DNA of 63,741 bases, filler included, from Hyphochytrium catenoides (taxonomy: Eukaryota; Protista; Hyphochytriomycota): the NCBI GenBank assembly GCA_900088475.1. It is 10 parts of 10 records of this genome, joined end to end, with 100 filler letters (N's around TTAATTAATTAA, not from the genome) between each part and the next. Parts side by side here need not be neighbours in the genome. Positions count along the whole stretch, not along the records: positions 1 to 28,700 come from FLMG01003668.1; 9 more parts are not named here. The stretch is one strand, 5' to 3'. Positions within the stretch are counted from its first letter, which is position 1, and every line of letters begins with the position of its first letter. Both the position numbers and the translations under genes were made by a program. The notes beneath the pieces are model-generated. The model saw only the letters and a list, made by a program, of their open reading frames with translations. It was not told where the DNA came from and did not search any database. This document shows positions 1 through 11,300 of this stretch, piece after piece.

Positions 1-1115
1 ATAATATCTATAAGGTAACCTATCTTTGTCGTTTCTCCTTTATAATCGAAATGGCGATTAACTGTTTAAAGCTCAGTGTTTGTTCGCTGAGCTTTTTAAG
101 CTCAGTGTTCGCTGAGCTTTTTAAAGCTCAGTGTTTGTCGCTCCAAAAGGTAGGGGCTCTTGAAACCCCAAAATTTACAAAACCAAAAATTGAAAACAAT
201 ACCAGAACTTAAAAGAAAACATAAATCACTATATTATACAATAGAAACACTGAAGTTAATAAAAAGAACCAGTTGCAATTATTCAAAATGGAATAAACAA
301 AACGGAGACTAGAAACAGCTTTTCAATATAAAAAACTAAAGCCTAGTATCGTTGTATAGAGGCAATATGCATCGCTCAAAAAAAACTATAGAAGGCATAA
401 TATCTATAAGGTAACCTATCTTTGTCGTTTCTCCTTTATAATCGAAANNNNNNNNNNNNNNNNNNNNNNNNNNNNNNNNNNNNNNNNNNNNNNNNNNNNN
501 NTACCTACAGGATAAAGGACCCTGACCTCCGACATGGACGCCTCGCTGAGTTTTTTAAAGCTCAGTGTTTGTTCGCTGAGCTTTTTAAGCTCAGTGTTTG
601 TCACTCCAAATGGTAGGGGCTTTTGAAACCCCAAAAATTAGAAAACCAAAATTGAAAGAATACCAGAAATCAAAAGAAAACATAAATCACTATATCATAC
701 AATAGAAACACTGAAGTTAATAAAAAGAACCAGTTGCAATTATTCAAAATGGAACAAACAAAACGGAGACTAGAAACAGCTTTCCAATATGAAAAACTAT
801 AGCCTAGTATCGTTGTATAGAGGCAATATGTATCGCTCAAAAAAACCTATAGAAGGCATAATATCTATAAGGTAACCTATCTTTGTCGTTTCTCCTTTAA
901 AATCGAAATATCGATTAATTGATTTTGTGTGTGTGTTAGTCCGTCCGTCTGTTCGCTTGATAGTAGTACAAAGAATATTCGGGATACCATAATGCCATGA
1001 TGGTGTACTCTCGACCACCTTCTAAACAATAATACACCAGCAATAAATTCCTGATTTGGAGGTAAAACAGTTCTAGGTACAGGATAAAGGACCCTGACCT
1101 CTGACATTGACGCCC
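1..1115. repeat. AT-rich, hairpin-containing tandem repeat (unit about 400-575 bp, at least 2 copies plus partials)
   Basis: ATAATATCTATAAGGTAACCTATCTTTGTCGTTTCTCCTTT starts at 1, 397 and 858. 60-447 and 540-908 are near-identical. TACAGGATAAAGGACCCTGACCT occurs at about 506 and about 1078. Units contain repeated CTGAGC/GCTCAG inverted motifs. An N gap lies at 448-501. Confidence 0.9.
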
Positions 1116-1680
1116 GTTAAAACAGTACAACTACAGGTACTGTGGGATTGGGGAAAGGATAACGGAAAAAGAAAAGACAGAGAGGAGGAGAGTTACAGCA
1201 GATGGAAGAGATTAATTTGGGTCACCACCACCGCTACAAGGAGAAGAGAGGAGAGAGAGAGAAAACGGAAGGGCGGCATGAGATCGTGAGAGACGGAAAG
1301 AGAGTACAAAGAAGAAGGTGAGAGAGGAAGAAGGCGGCGGCGGCATCATCATAAAGAGAGAAGAAATAAAGAGCTATAATAGCGTCGAAGGAAGAAGAAA
1401 GAAAATAGGAACATTTGCCGAGCGAGGTCGTGGCTGCTGAAGGGAAGTGGTGAGGGCTTCTTCTAGTTTTTTATACCTGCCTGTTACCTTTGTTGTGATT
1501 CATTGCTTGTTGTGAGGGCACAATGAAGCGCCAACTCTTAATAGAAGAAGAATGTGAGGTCAAGAAAGAAAGCAGAGGAGGAGAAGAAGAGATAATAGGG
1601 GTGGAGATGATGCTCGAGACGGAAATGAGATTCTCACCACAACAGAGCAGCCAAGGGCAGAAGAAAAGGAAGAGCAAGAG

Positions 1681-2064
1681 CCCAGGGACAACAAAAAGAA
1701 GGGCAAAGAACGGCGACCCACTTCCTCATCTGCCGCCGCAGAACGCATGAGGAAAATTCGAGCTGCACGGAGCGACGAACAGAAGGAGAGTGATCGCAGA
1801 GTAGCTACCGAGCGAAGGAGATTCTTGAGGAATAGCCGCACGGATGAGCAGAAGGAGATTGATAGAAAGCTTCTGCAGAGCAAAGGAGGCTGTCGAGACA
1901 CAGCCGCACGGAGGAAGAGAAGGATTTTAATAGAAAAGTTGCTCCTGAGCAGACGCCAGCAAGCACGGCAAACGGTCAGGAGTAAGATGTCCAGCCTGTG
2001 GGATGGGCTCCTATCATTGAATATCTCAAAGGGACGTGACCTCCACCCATGCGTGGCGTGGTGA
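1681..2064 (+). pseudogene. Frameshifted ORF relic with three 23-aa charged repeats (STPR-like, possible Helitron N-terminus)
   Basis: Repeats read AAERMRKIRAARSDEQKESDRRV / ATERRRFLRNSRTDEQKEIDRKL / (S)AEQRRLSRHSRTEEEKDFNRKV. The DNA period is 69 then 68 nt (1765, 1834, 1902), implying a 1-nt deletion near 1872. Confidence 0.5.
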
Positions 2065-2124
2065 TGCCGCTAGTTGTTCAAGACTCCTCTTTGTCTCTAA
2101 ACCCTTTTCATTATTTTGCCACCA

Positions 2125-3512
2125 ACCTTTTCAATGGTGTCGTTGGCTTCTGTGATGACTGCATGTTTGTCTCGACTTCCGCGCTCTGTGTATGAATTGA
2201 CTGACAAGCCTGGCTTGCCCTTTACTCGCTAAATAATCTTCTGCCTCTTAGTCATATCTGATCAATGATCTGCCCGCCTTTATAAGAAGCGGCTAGTCTC
2301 TGGAAGTGCTGTGACTCTGGAAGGACAGATTTCTGTCTTCAACCTTAGAGGAAGCGTCTGCTACCGCTGTCTCTACCCTTTTCCTCGTCCTGCTGTTCTT
2401 CTGGGTGACTGCTCCAACAAAGGAGTACTAGGGACTGGTGCCCGGGGTAATATTATGTTGTCTGCAGGCCATAGTAGTAATGAACATTATCATTGGCTTA
2501 GGAGTCGAAGAAGGAGGAGTCCTGAGCGGAAGACAGCTATTCTTCGACCCTGAGTTTGCCACATTCAGCGAGTTTAAGTTGATCTTTCTCCAAGTGTCTC
2601 TCCCTTCCTTTCTCCATCTCCACCTCTCTGTGAGAATAGCGGACCATAAAGAAGAGTGACACCCCAACCTCTGCATTATTAGCGGGCATATAATGTCGGG
2701 CTACAGCTCGCTCCTCGGTGGAGAGACTGCGCTGTATGTGGAGAAGATCCCTACCATCGCTTCTGTTTCAGCTTACCACTCAGTCTTTCCTCTGCGCAGC
2801 ACCTCGGAAGGAGGAGTTGAAGGATGCTGAAAGTGTTAGCTGCTAAGTACGGCCCTGAGAAGCTGGCAACTTTCTGTAAAACGGGACATATTTCAAGGTC
2901 GCCTGGGAGCCTCACTCACCTAACCGGGCAACAGCGAGCCTGGCTGAGTTGATGAAGGGAATGGATAGATAGCAAGGGAGGCGGAGACAGAGATCGGGTG
3001 TACATAAAACGCTACGTTGAACCATCCGAATCTGATAGCGCTCAGAGGGATAACAGACTGCGGACCTCCATTGCCAACTCTTGCTGGGAATACGCGAACG
3101 TCGTTATCGCGGACCATCCGCATCTTCTATTAGATGTCAGGAGTCGCCTCCAGTTCTCTCTCTTCTCCCTACCCGGGGCCGTGGATGTACGTTACAAAGA
3201 ACTACGAGACCGACCGAAGACTCGTCGGGTACTTCAACAAGCGGCTTCGGAGGTAAACCAGGTAAGCGACCACATGAGAAGCAGGAAGCAGGAGAGAGAG
3301 AGAGGGAGTCTTCCTTGCAGACGTCTGGTCTCCTGTTCCCGGCAAAGTCATTCTGGCTCTACAATAACTCTTTCTCTTCTTTCTGTCAATGCAGCGTCCC
3401 CGTTGCTTCTTTATAGTTTACGTCATGTATACGTCATGTGTGGGAGAGGGCTAGACTTAGCCCGAGGGATGCGGCTGCTAAGCGAGCAAGGTCTCGACTG
3501 CATTAGGCTTGT
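2125..3512 (+). pseudogene. MOCS3: Truncated, frameshifted MOCS3/UBA4 (MoeB-type adenylyltransferase + rhodanese) copy
   Basis: YLIND..YKKRLVSGSAVTLEGQISVFN..CYRCLYP..CSNKGVLG / VPGVI..LQA..LSGRQLFFD matches the ThiF/MoeB C-half. HLLLDVRSRLQF..SLPGAV and VYVMCGRG match the rhodanese domain. Frameshifts occur near 2270 and 2437. The N-terminal nucleotide-binding part is absent and intron-like spacers are retained. Confidence 0.8.
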
Positions 3513-4158
3513 GTGTCCGAGTTGGGATACAGGCGTTGGCCTTGCAAGCGTCCATTTCTTCTTTCCCTTCTTACGAGAGATACCACAGGTCCCCCAGGGA
3601 TAGGTAGGACCAAGAGGAGACAAGGAGGCGGCGCTTCTGTTGGGGTTGAAAGTCTGCCATTGCTGTACGATATGGCTAGTGCCTGTCTATCATCTGTCAC
3701 CTTAGGGAGAACTTCAGCAACGTCGGACGCCTCCTTCTCTCTTCTCGAACCTCCTTCTCTGCACTTAGCTGCTGATTTCGTGATGAAACCTTGTTCTTTG
3801 TCCCCACGGTCTCGCCTTTTTTTGCCTAAACGTCACCGTACCTGTCTAGGTAAAGAAGCCATTCTCCGTTTACCAGCTGTGCCCAAGAAGGTACACGCTG
3901 CTCCAATAGAGAAAACGCCCGGGATGAGGTCAGTGCCCACGGGTAGCAAAGATAGCGTTTCCCACAGTCCTGTGCTGCCGCACAGCCCCACAACGGAGAG
4001 CCATCCAAGATTCGATCACCACCTAAGCAATACTAGACTTAGTCAAAGCTATATTGAGTCTGCAGGAAGGCATCAACTCTGTACACACAGTGGCGACCAC
4101 TTACAGAGACTCTTATAATTGGGCCAAAGACGATGAGAAGTTTGACAGCCCACAGTAT

Positions 4159-5900
4159 CTAAGAGGAGTATCCAGAGCGAGGTGGTGTAAACAGAGAGCA
4201 AGAGAGATAACCGTTATATCTACCTATCAAGATCTGCCTACTTTGGTACCCAGATCTCATTGCCTCCGTCAGCATGCCATAGACCACTGGGAGGACAGGA
4301 CTCTGCCCACAGCCAAGACATCGTCTATCTCTTTCCTTCTCTCTCAGCTCTCTTAAAAATTGGGCCCGATCATCAATGAGATCTTTCCATGGGATGAGGG
4401 GGAGAACTAGTGACCGCAGGGCGGAAAGAGACTGAGGTTGCAGTAGCTGGGCTGGAAAGAGAGACGAGAAAGGGATAGAGCACAAATCAACGACAATAGC
4501 TTCAGACCCATCATGCATGATCACGCCCACAATTCGGGAAACGGACTTGAGCTTTTTATGGAAATGACCTATCCAGCAGGTAGCATCTGCACAAGGCTGT
4601 AGAATCTTCGCGCTTCCCTGTCCTCTTCCTGGCCTGCGCTGATGAGCATGTACAGGCTCCACCTCCATAGCAAGGAAAAACTCACTTTGGGTGTGGTATG
4701 GAGCTATGGGGTGAAGGAAAATGCTGGCCCAGAAGTGGCTGCTCTGTGCCGGGAGAGTGATGAGATGAAGACTTTGCCAGCAGACAGTAGTAAACGTGAA
4801 AACCTGGATAACAGAAGTCAGCAGGAACAGGTAAAGGCAAAAGGCAAGTAAAGGGCAGGACAGATAAAGGCGACTAACATATCTGGACAGACCTATTGGA
4901 CCAAGAGGCAAATAAGCAAAAGAAGAAGGATCTAGAGGTCAGTAAGAGAATTAATAGCTGGGGACGACCTGCCGGCCAAATGAAAAGCGGTCCAGAGAGA
5001 AGAGTGCGTTTACATACGTCTTTAATGTCCAGGAAGTGCACAATATGCAGCAGAGAGACCTCCGGCAAGTGCATAAGCGTCCTTGAGTCACTGGCAGAGG
5101 GAGCGTGCCCTGATGATGCTACAGGATGACGAAGCAAATAGGTAAGGATATGTGTCAGTGGACCTTAGAGACTGGACAGGGAGGGGAAGCTACATTGCCG
5201 GAGACCATAGTAAGGGAATGGTGGGGAATGGATGCTACATTGTCTCCTCTGCATAGCGCAAGGGCGATAGAGCTATAGCCGCTATGTGGCGCATGGGTAC
5301 ATGAGAAGGGCTTGAAGCCGGACGAGAGGAGATCCTCTGTCGGAGCCATAGACCACGAAGTACGACGGCAAGGCAGAGGAAAAAACATAATCTTCGACGC
5401 ACCTGTTCCTTTGCTTCCTTCTCCCATTCGACCTTTGATCAGACGATTTATAGAGGAGAAAACCTTCTCTGAAAGAAGCTCTTCTCTCAATCTATCTTCT
5501 TCTTCGTCTACATGGTCGGGACCTTTCGATATGCCTTTAATCGGGATAATAAGCTCTCGTTGTCTCTTCCTCCGTGGTGGGCAGTAGCCTTCAGGCTGAC
5601 CGATATAGACGAGGCTTCGGATGTAGAAATTAAAGGCCCGGGGAAGTCCGCCTCCTGTCAGCTAAAGATAAAAGAGGTTGACGGAATGACGGAAACACAC
5701 AGTCAGAGAGAGAGACAGAGATAAAAGGAGGATGAAGGACAGAGAGGGAAGAGAGGTGAGAAGGTTTCCAGCTGCACGACGAGAGAAACAGCACACATAA
5801 AGGAGTCAGTCAGAGAAAGAGCAATACCTCAATTGCAACCTCGAGGTGTCGTTGGGAAGCATGAGGTCCTGCTAGAAGCGCAAGCCGTCTACGAGCTGAC
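4159..5900 (-). CDS. F-box protein, multi-exon, with C-terminal CxxCG..PVVYG motif (ends approximate)
   Basis: Removing a GT-AG intron at 5017..4804 gives LMHLPEVSLLHIVHFLDIKD|VFTFTTVCWQSLHL...FWASIF, a canonical F-box pattern. Further open exons with GT/AG ends lie at about 5400-5660 and about 5830-5900. CLGCGQSPVLPVVYG is at about 4277-4320. Confidence 0.65.
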
Positions 5901-6767
5901 AGGAAACGAATTAGGTGTTTTGACTTTCCTTTCTTTTCTTTGGCACTAGAAGTAATCATGCCCGTCACTACATCCCCATTCATCTTCCTCCTAACGAGTT
6001 GGCGCGCATTCGCGTGAGTGTACGCTGATGAGAGCGCGTAGGACCGTGGCGGCAACTCAATAACTGTGGCTGAGGCTTCCACCACTACTGAAGACTTTTG
6101 CCAGCAGCAGAAGATAGAAGAGGTTGTAGCCAAGTTGCGGCTCCTCCTCCTGAGCTGTCCCAGTCTCATTCAGACGGAAGTTCCGAACGGCTGTCTCTTT
6201 CTCTAAAATGCACTCCGCCTGAACCGCCCGTCCCTTGAGGAGGTCGGCGGTTCAGAAGGATTGTGGAAAGCCACATTCTTTTTTTTCTTTTTTAGGATTT
6301 ATTGATTTATTGCTACTACTAACGCTACTAACAGACTAATCCTATAAGAAAAAGAAAGAGAAGAAGAAAAGCTTTTTTTATAAGGAATAAGTAACAAAGA
6401 GGATGCGGTCGACTACTGTTTCAAGAGAACATGAAGAGATGATGCAAATATGTACTACGAAGACTAAAAAGAGGAACTACCAAGAACTATAGTAGCCCCA
6501 ACACAGAAGGAAAGAGCAAATTACAGTAGCAGGACTTGGTGTTTTTGTATTATTTTAGGAAGATGATAGCAAACCTTGATTATTTACAACTACTAACTAC
6601 TAAGATGTAAATGAAGGAGCGAGCAGAAGATGAAGAAAGAAGAAGCAAAGGAGGAGGAAGAAGAAGAAGAAAAGAGGAAGAAGAAAGGAAACGAGGAAAG
6701 CTATAACGCCTTGGTCCCGTCCTCCCTCGTCCTCCTCAACCAGATCTCCTCCACACTCATCATCAAT

Positions 6768-6856
6768 AACAAGGAAGCTACAAGGACAATCTCTCCCCTT
6801 CTCTAGGACTAACAAGGAAGCTAGGACAATCTCTCCTCTCTAGGACTAACAAGGAA
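6768..6856. repeat. Short tandem duplication (about 37-43 bp unit, 2.2 copies)
   Basis: AACAAGGAAGCTA..GGACAATCTCTCC..CTCTAGGACT is repeated at 6768 and 6811, with a partial copy at 6848. Confidence 0.85.
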
Positions 6857-8351
6857 AACATTCCAGAAGTTCTCGTCACATCTCTCTTAACCTGTAACAC
6901 ATTTGTTGTGGAACGTCTGCGTCAGTGAGAGTAGGTGGTGTCTCTCAAGATTGATTACTGAAGCATCATTGTAGCACTCAACTAGTAGGACCTACTTCCA
7001 TCCTCTCCTCTGAATACGAGCTCTTGCTTGGTTCCTGGAAGAAGAAGAAGCGCACGAAATGATGGACAGGAAGGGGCTCATGATGAGACAGTTGTGTTCA
7101 CGTGAACTAGCAAGGAGGACGATGATGCGTCGTCCTGAATGCCCTAAGCCATCGATTCTCTGTCCGCTTAGCTCTTACATAGGTGGCTGCCTCATTGTCT
7201 AGTCTTATGCCCCCGCATCTTCTGTCTATCTCTTCAACCTTGATAAGGTCAGACTTCTTCCAGAGTGTCTTCCTCCTCTATTTCCTCCGTGAGGCTGATC
7301 TGTCCTTGCCACCTAGGATATTCAGTGTAAAGTTTAGTCTTAGAGGAGAAAGTCCTCAGGATCGACGTTACCATGATCTTCATTCACCACGCTCTATTGG
7401 AGCTAAGGGGCTGACTGGCCGAGGGCAGGACTCCGCTAAACGAGCGAGGGCATGACCGTGTGAGGGCACGACTTAGCTAAAGGTTCACTCCAATTTCCTT
7501 AAACTATCCCGACTGCGGTAGACGTCTTATGGTGTAGAAGTAAGAGTACGTGAAGACATAGGGATGTAGGCAAGAGCAGCAAGAGACGCGTAAAGAGAGA
7601 GAAAAAGAGGGAAGATACTAGGTAGATGAATAGGAGCGGTAGGAAAGAGAAATGAAAGAGCAGGCAGGGGGATTCAGTCAGGAATTTTGGCTATATCTTT
7701 GTAAAGCTAAACACGCTATTCCATGCTTGAAGACCGCTCGATAGACTTGCTGGTTAAAGCTGCAAGGAGGCTCTTCTTACTCTTGGGCAGCTCAGATTAG
7801 TTCTCTTAGCAGATTCGTTATTGGTACTCTGTAGGGAGTTCTCCCAGCCTTATTGCGGCTTCAGAATTCAATCAGTCTGCAGATTTGACCCGTGGTACAG
7901 TCGTGGCTAATCCTGAGACTGCTTCACTAGTAGGAATAGATGTTGGCACAAGGAGAACGTTCTCCCTGAAGAGGCGAACTGAACGACGACATGTTTTCCT
8001 AGTCCAACATCGAAATTGCTCAACAAAGCAACATGTTGACGGTTTGGTCGCGACAGGGCACAGGACGCAAGTATGAAGGACTCTACTGGTCTTCGTTAAT
8101 GTCGGTAAATCTAGCATAGTAGTAGCTGTCCAGCACCTAGGTTAGCAGCAGCAGTTGAGCCATTGGCAGAGTAGCGAACGCTTATACATGCACTATAATG
8201 GGCCTAGCCTGGCCTAGTATGTAGGTTTCACCACAAGCTTGACTCAAAATCTGCGGAGAGGGCTGGCTTTCACCACGAACAAGCATCCTAAATGTGTCAA
8301 AATGGGGGTCTCTGGCAAGGGCTGTCTCTCCTACTCTGATTCCGGCTACAA

Positions 8352-11300
8352 CTACATCGCCGCGTCCAGGCGGGGAAGAGTGCAGAGGGTGATACTTCCA
8401 TTTTCATGGCCCACCGCAACAGCGCTATCAGTCCCGAATAAGGGGCGACAGATACAGCGGCCAAATAACGCGATATAGATATAGAGGGCAAAAGGGAGGA
8501 CCAATAGGACCAAGTGGAAGGCAAATGTGAGTACTGGCTTGTGCGTCCCTTTTTGCGTCCCTTGTCCTCTACTGCATATTCGGTCCTAACTCCTCAGGCA
8601 TACACCTCAACCCAGCGCCTACCTGTCGTCCAGAGCAGTTGCCATGGTTGAAACTGGGGATGACATGCCGACCGGAATGACATAAAGGTCGGACAGAGCG
8701 CAGGCGAGAAGGATTCTTAGAGCACCAGACTCTTCGACGACCAGACGTTTCTCGTCATGAGTTAGGCACGCCTAATGCAGTGAAAAAGGAATCAGAATAA
8801 TAAGCAATACATTCCGTATCATGATACCAGAGTTTGATCAACCAGGAAGTTGAGCAAGACGGACCGTTAACCTTGCTCGACAGTAGGCCCATACCCAGAG
8901 AAGAGAAGACGAGATTCTGTTCTGGCGAGCAGCAAACTTATCAAAAAGCCTTGGTCGTTCCAACTTACCGCTTGAGGCTTGCACTTCAGAGTGATCTGCT
9001 TTATTTTCTTCCCGTCCAGCTGAAATAGCGCCGCTTTCCGTTCAATTAGCAGGAGAATAAATCCATTGCTAAGTGTGAATATATAGTCAATAGAACTCCT
9101 TGGCGAGGTTCTATTTGGGAGGTCCTTGGGAGTTGAACAGCCTACGACCTTGGTCTCTACTGCTGTTTCCTCTACTTCACAGGCATGCAGAGGTGTGGCG
9201 ATGAGGGCCAGAGAGGCAGAAGTGCGAAAGGTAAGTAATTATATAGAGGATGCCGAGAACCAAGCTTATCACTGACAACCTTCGTCGTTCTCGTCGGTAT
9301 TCAAGCGAGCTATCATCCCTCCGTGGTAAAGCGAGTGTATTAAGCACACAGGGGGCTCACCCATTCCGCAAGAAGCGCTCACCACAACTCCCAAACTGAC
9401 CGATGCAGCGAGGACGGTGACTGGCGCGCAATGCCCAAAGAGAATCAGTTGAGGGTTCAGCTCCTAAAGAAGAGCGGAGAGTGAGTGGCACGGTTAAAAA
9501 TGATACTTTTCTCTCTGCAGCCGTTGTGTTCTTATTCCCCACAATACCAAGGCTGTCAAAGTGAGCTTTCTTTCTTCTCGCCGACTCCACCAAAAGCGAT
9601 CCCCGGCACCCATCCCTCATGAACCTATAGCTATTCACCTCAACGTACGAGCATCCTACTCCCAAACCACAAAAAGTATGAACAATTGTCCTGTTGGTGA
9701 TCAAATTACCTCCATGATTGCCTTCGGAGTCTGTACCCCCTTAAAGATACTCAGTGGGCCGTAGGCGCGGCCCTGGAAGCGATGTAGTGTGTGCCACACA
9801 GATATGGTACCTAAGAGGCTAGATGTGTCAAATACCATCTCAAACTTACGGCGTGTAAAGCATCTCATCATAGGCAGTTGCCTTCCCCCACAGCTGCAGG
9901 TATCCCTTGTCGAAGCTTTTAACTTATTGCTTCGTTGTTCTCTACCTAATACTGTGACTGTCGTAGCTCCATCATCAAAGCCGGGAAGGCAAAGTCTCTT
10001 CTTCCCGTGCTGCTAAGGCTCTCCGTGTATGTTTTCCCCCCAAAGTCTTAGCTTACCATCCTCGCTGCCAAGCAGCAGCAGATCGGAATTCTGACCCCCT
10101 GTGCAAGCACAGACGATGTGGCCGCGGTGTTGCCTCAAGCTCTGGACCACAACTCCATCCTGTAGTGAGAGCGCTTTTGCTGTGTAGTCGAAGTGCCCAG
10201 TAGATATCACAAACTCACTGGCTCCTCCGCCACTTGAGCCCGAGACACCCGAACCTTGAGTCAAGTAGCAGAAGCGGTACGCCCATGGAGTGCTGTCGTA
10301 TGGACAGAGGGCCGCAGGCTCAAGATCCAAGTCAACCTTCGAAGCTGCAGCGAAGGGAGCCGAGGTATGTTAGTGGATAGACAAATCACGTCCAATCAAC
10401 TCAAAAATCTTATGTACTGCGCGGATAAATAGATACGTCCGCAACTCTGAAGTCCTTTGAGAAGACAGGGGAAGTAGGAGAGTAGGCAGCGAAGTTAATT
10501 TAACATAGCAGGTCAGCCTTTAAGATGAAGAGCAAAGCATGGAGCTGGACATGCGTTGATGTAGTACGATCACTAGTGGACGTTATTTAAAGTGTCGTGC
10601 GAAGGCTACGCCGCAAATCCTATTCGGTCTAATTTGAAGTTTCTTACCTTTATCCCGCGGCTTAAGGAGGTTAGAGCCCCTGTCGGGCGCATCGCGGCAG
10701 TACTTGAAGAATACAGCGCTGCCGTTGCTATCAATTGAAACGAGGGAGGTGGCAGAAAGGAAGCTCACCGAGAGGACTCGAGCGGGGTTCCAATTACGTC
10801 CCTGGAGTAGAAAACAAAAACCGCAAAAGATTGTAAGGATCTCGGCATAACCCTACTGTTTGTTGCTCCTTATCGTTTACTGTGGGACATAGATAAGTTT
10901 ACCGCCCTCCTATAGCACAGGAAACATCAATCCTGACGTTTTACTTGACTAAAACCCCGACTATCACTTCCTACAAGACTACCTCACCTGGACCATGGGA
11001 TGGCACGTTTGAACGTGATAGCTCAAGCTCTGGGAGCTTCGTTCTGCACCTCCACCTGCTATTGAATAGCGCGCAAGGTACTCAGGTGGGGTTTTCTCCG
11101 CGTCCCTGCCTGGGTGAGCTTGTAAGAAGAGCTGCGATGGCGTCTGTCCAAAGTTCATCATCTGGGCCCTGGTAGATGCCCAGAGGATGGGATCGCTGAT
11201 GGCATCAAAATCTATCATTCCTTCGTAAGTCAAATGAAAGAATACGTTCGAAGCGGCCACAGCCTCAGGGCCCCTCTGCTGATAACCGAAGACCAGGTCG

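Noticed and set aside
60-135. CRISPR-like array of short palindromic repeats
   Set aside because: There are no unique spacers of regular length, no cas genes, and the context is eukaryotic.
7000-8300. Short ORFs or a decayed coding-like stretch between the F-box and BEACH genes
   Set aside because: No recognisable motif and multiple stops in every frame.
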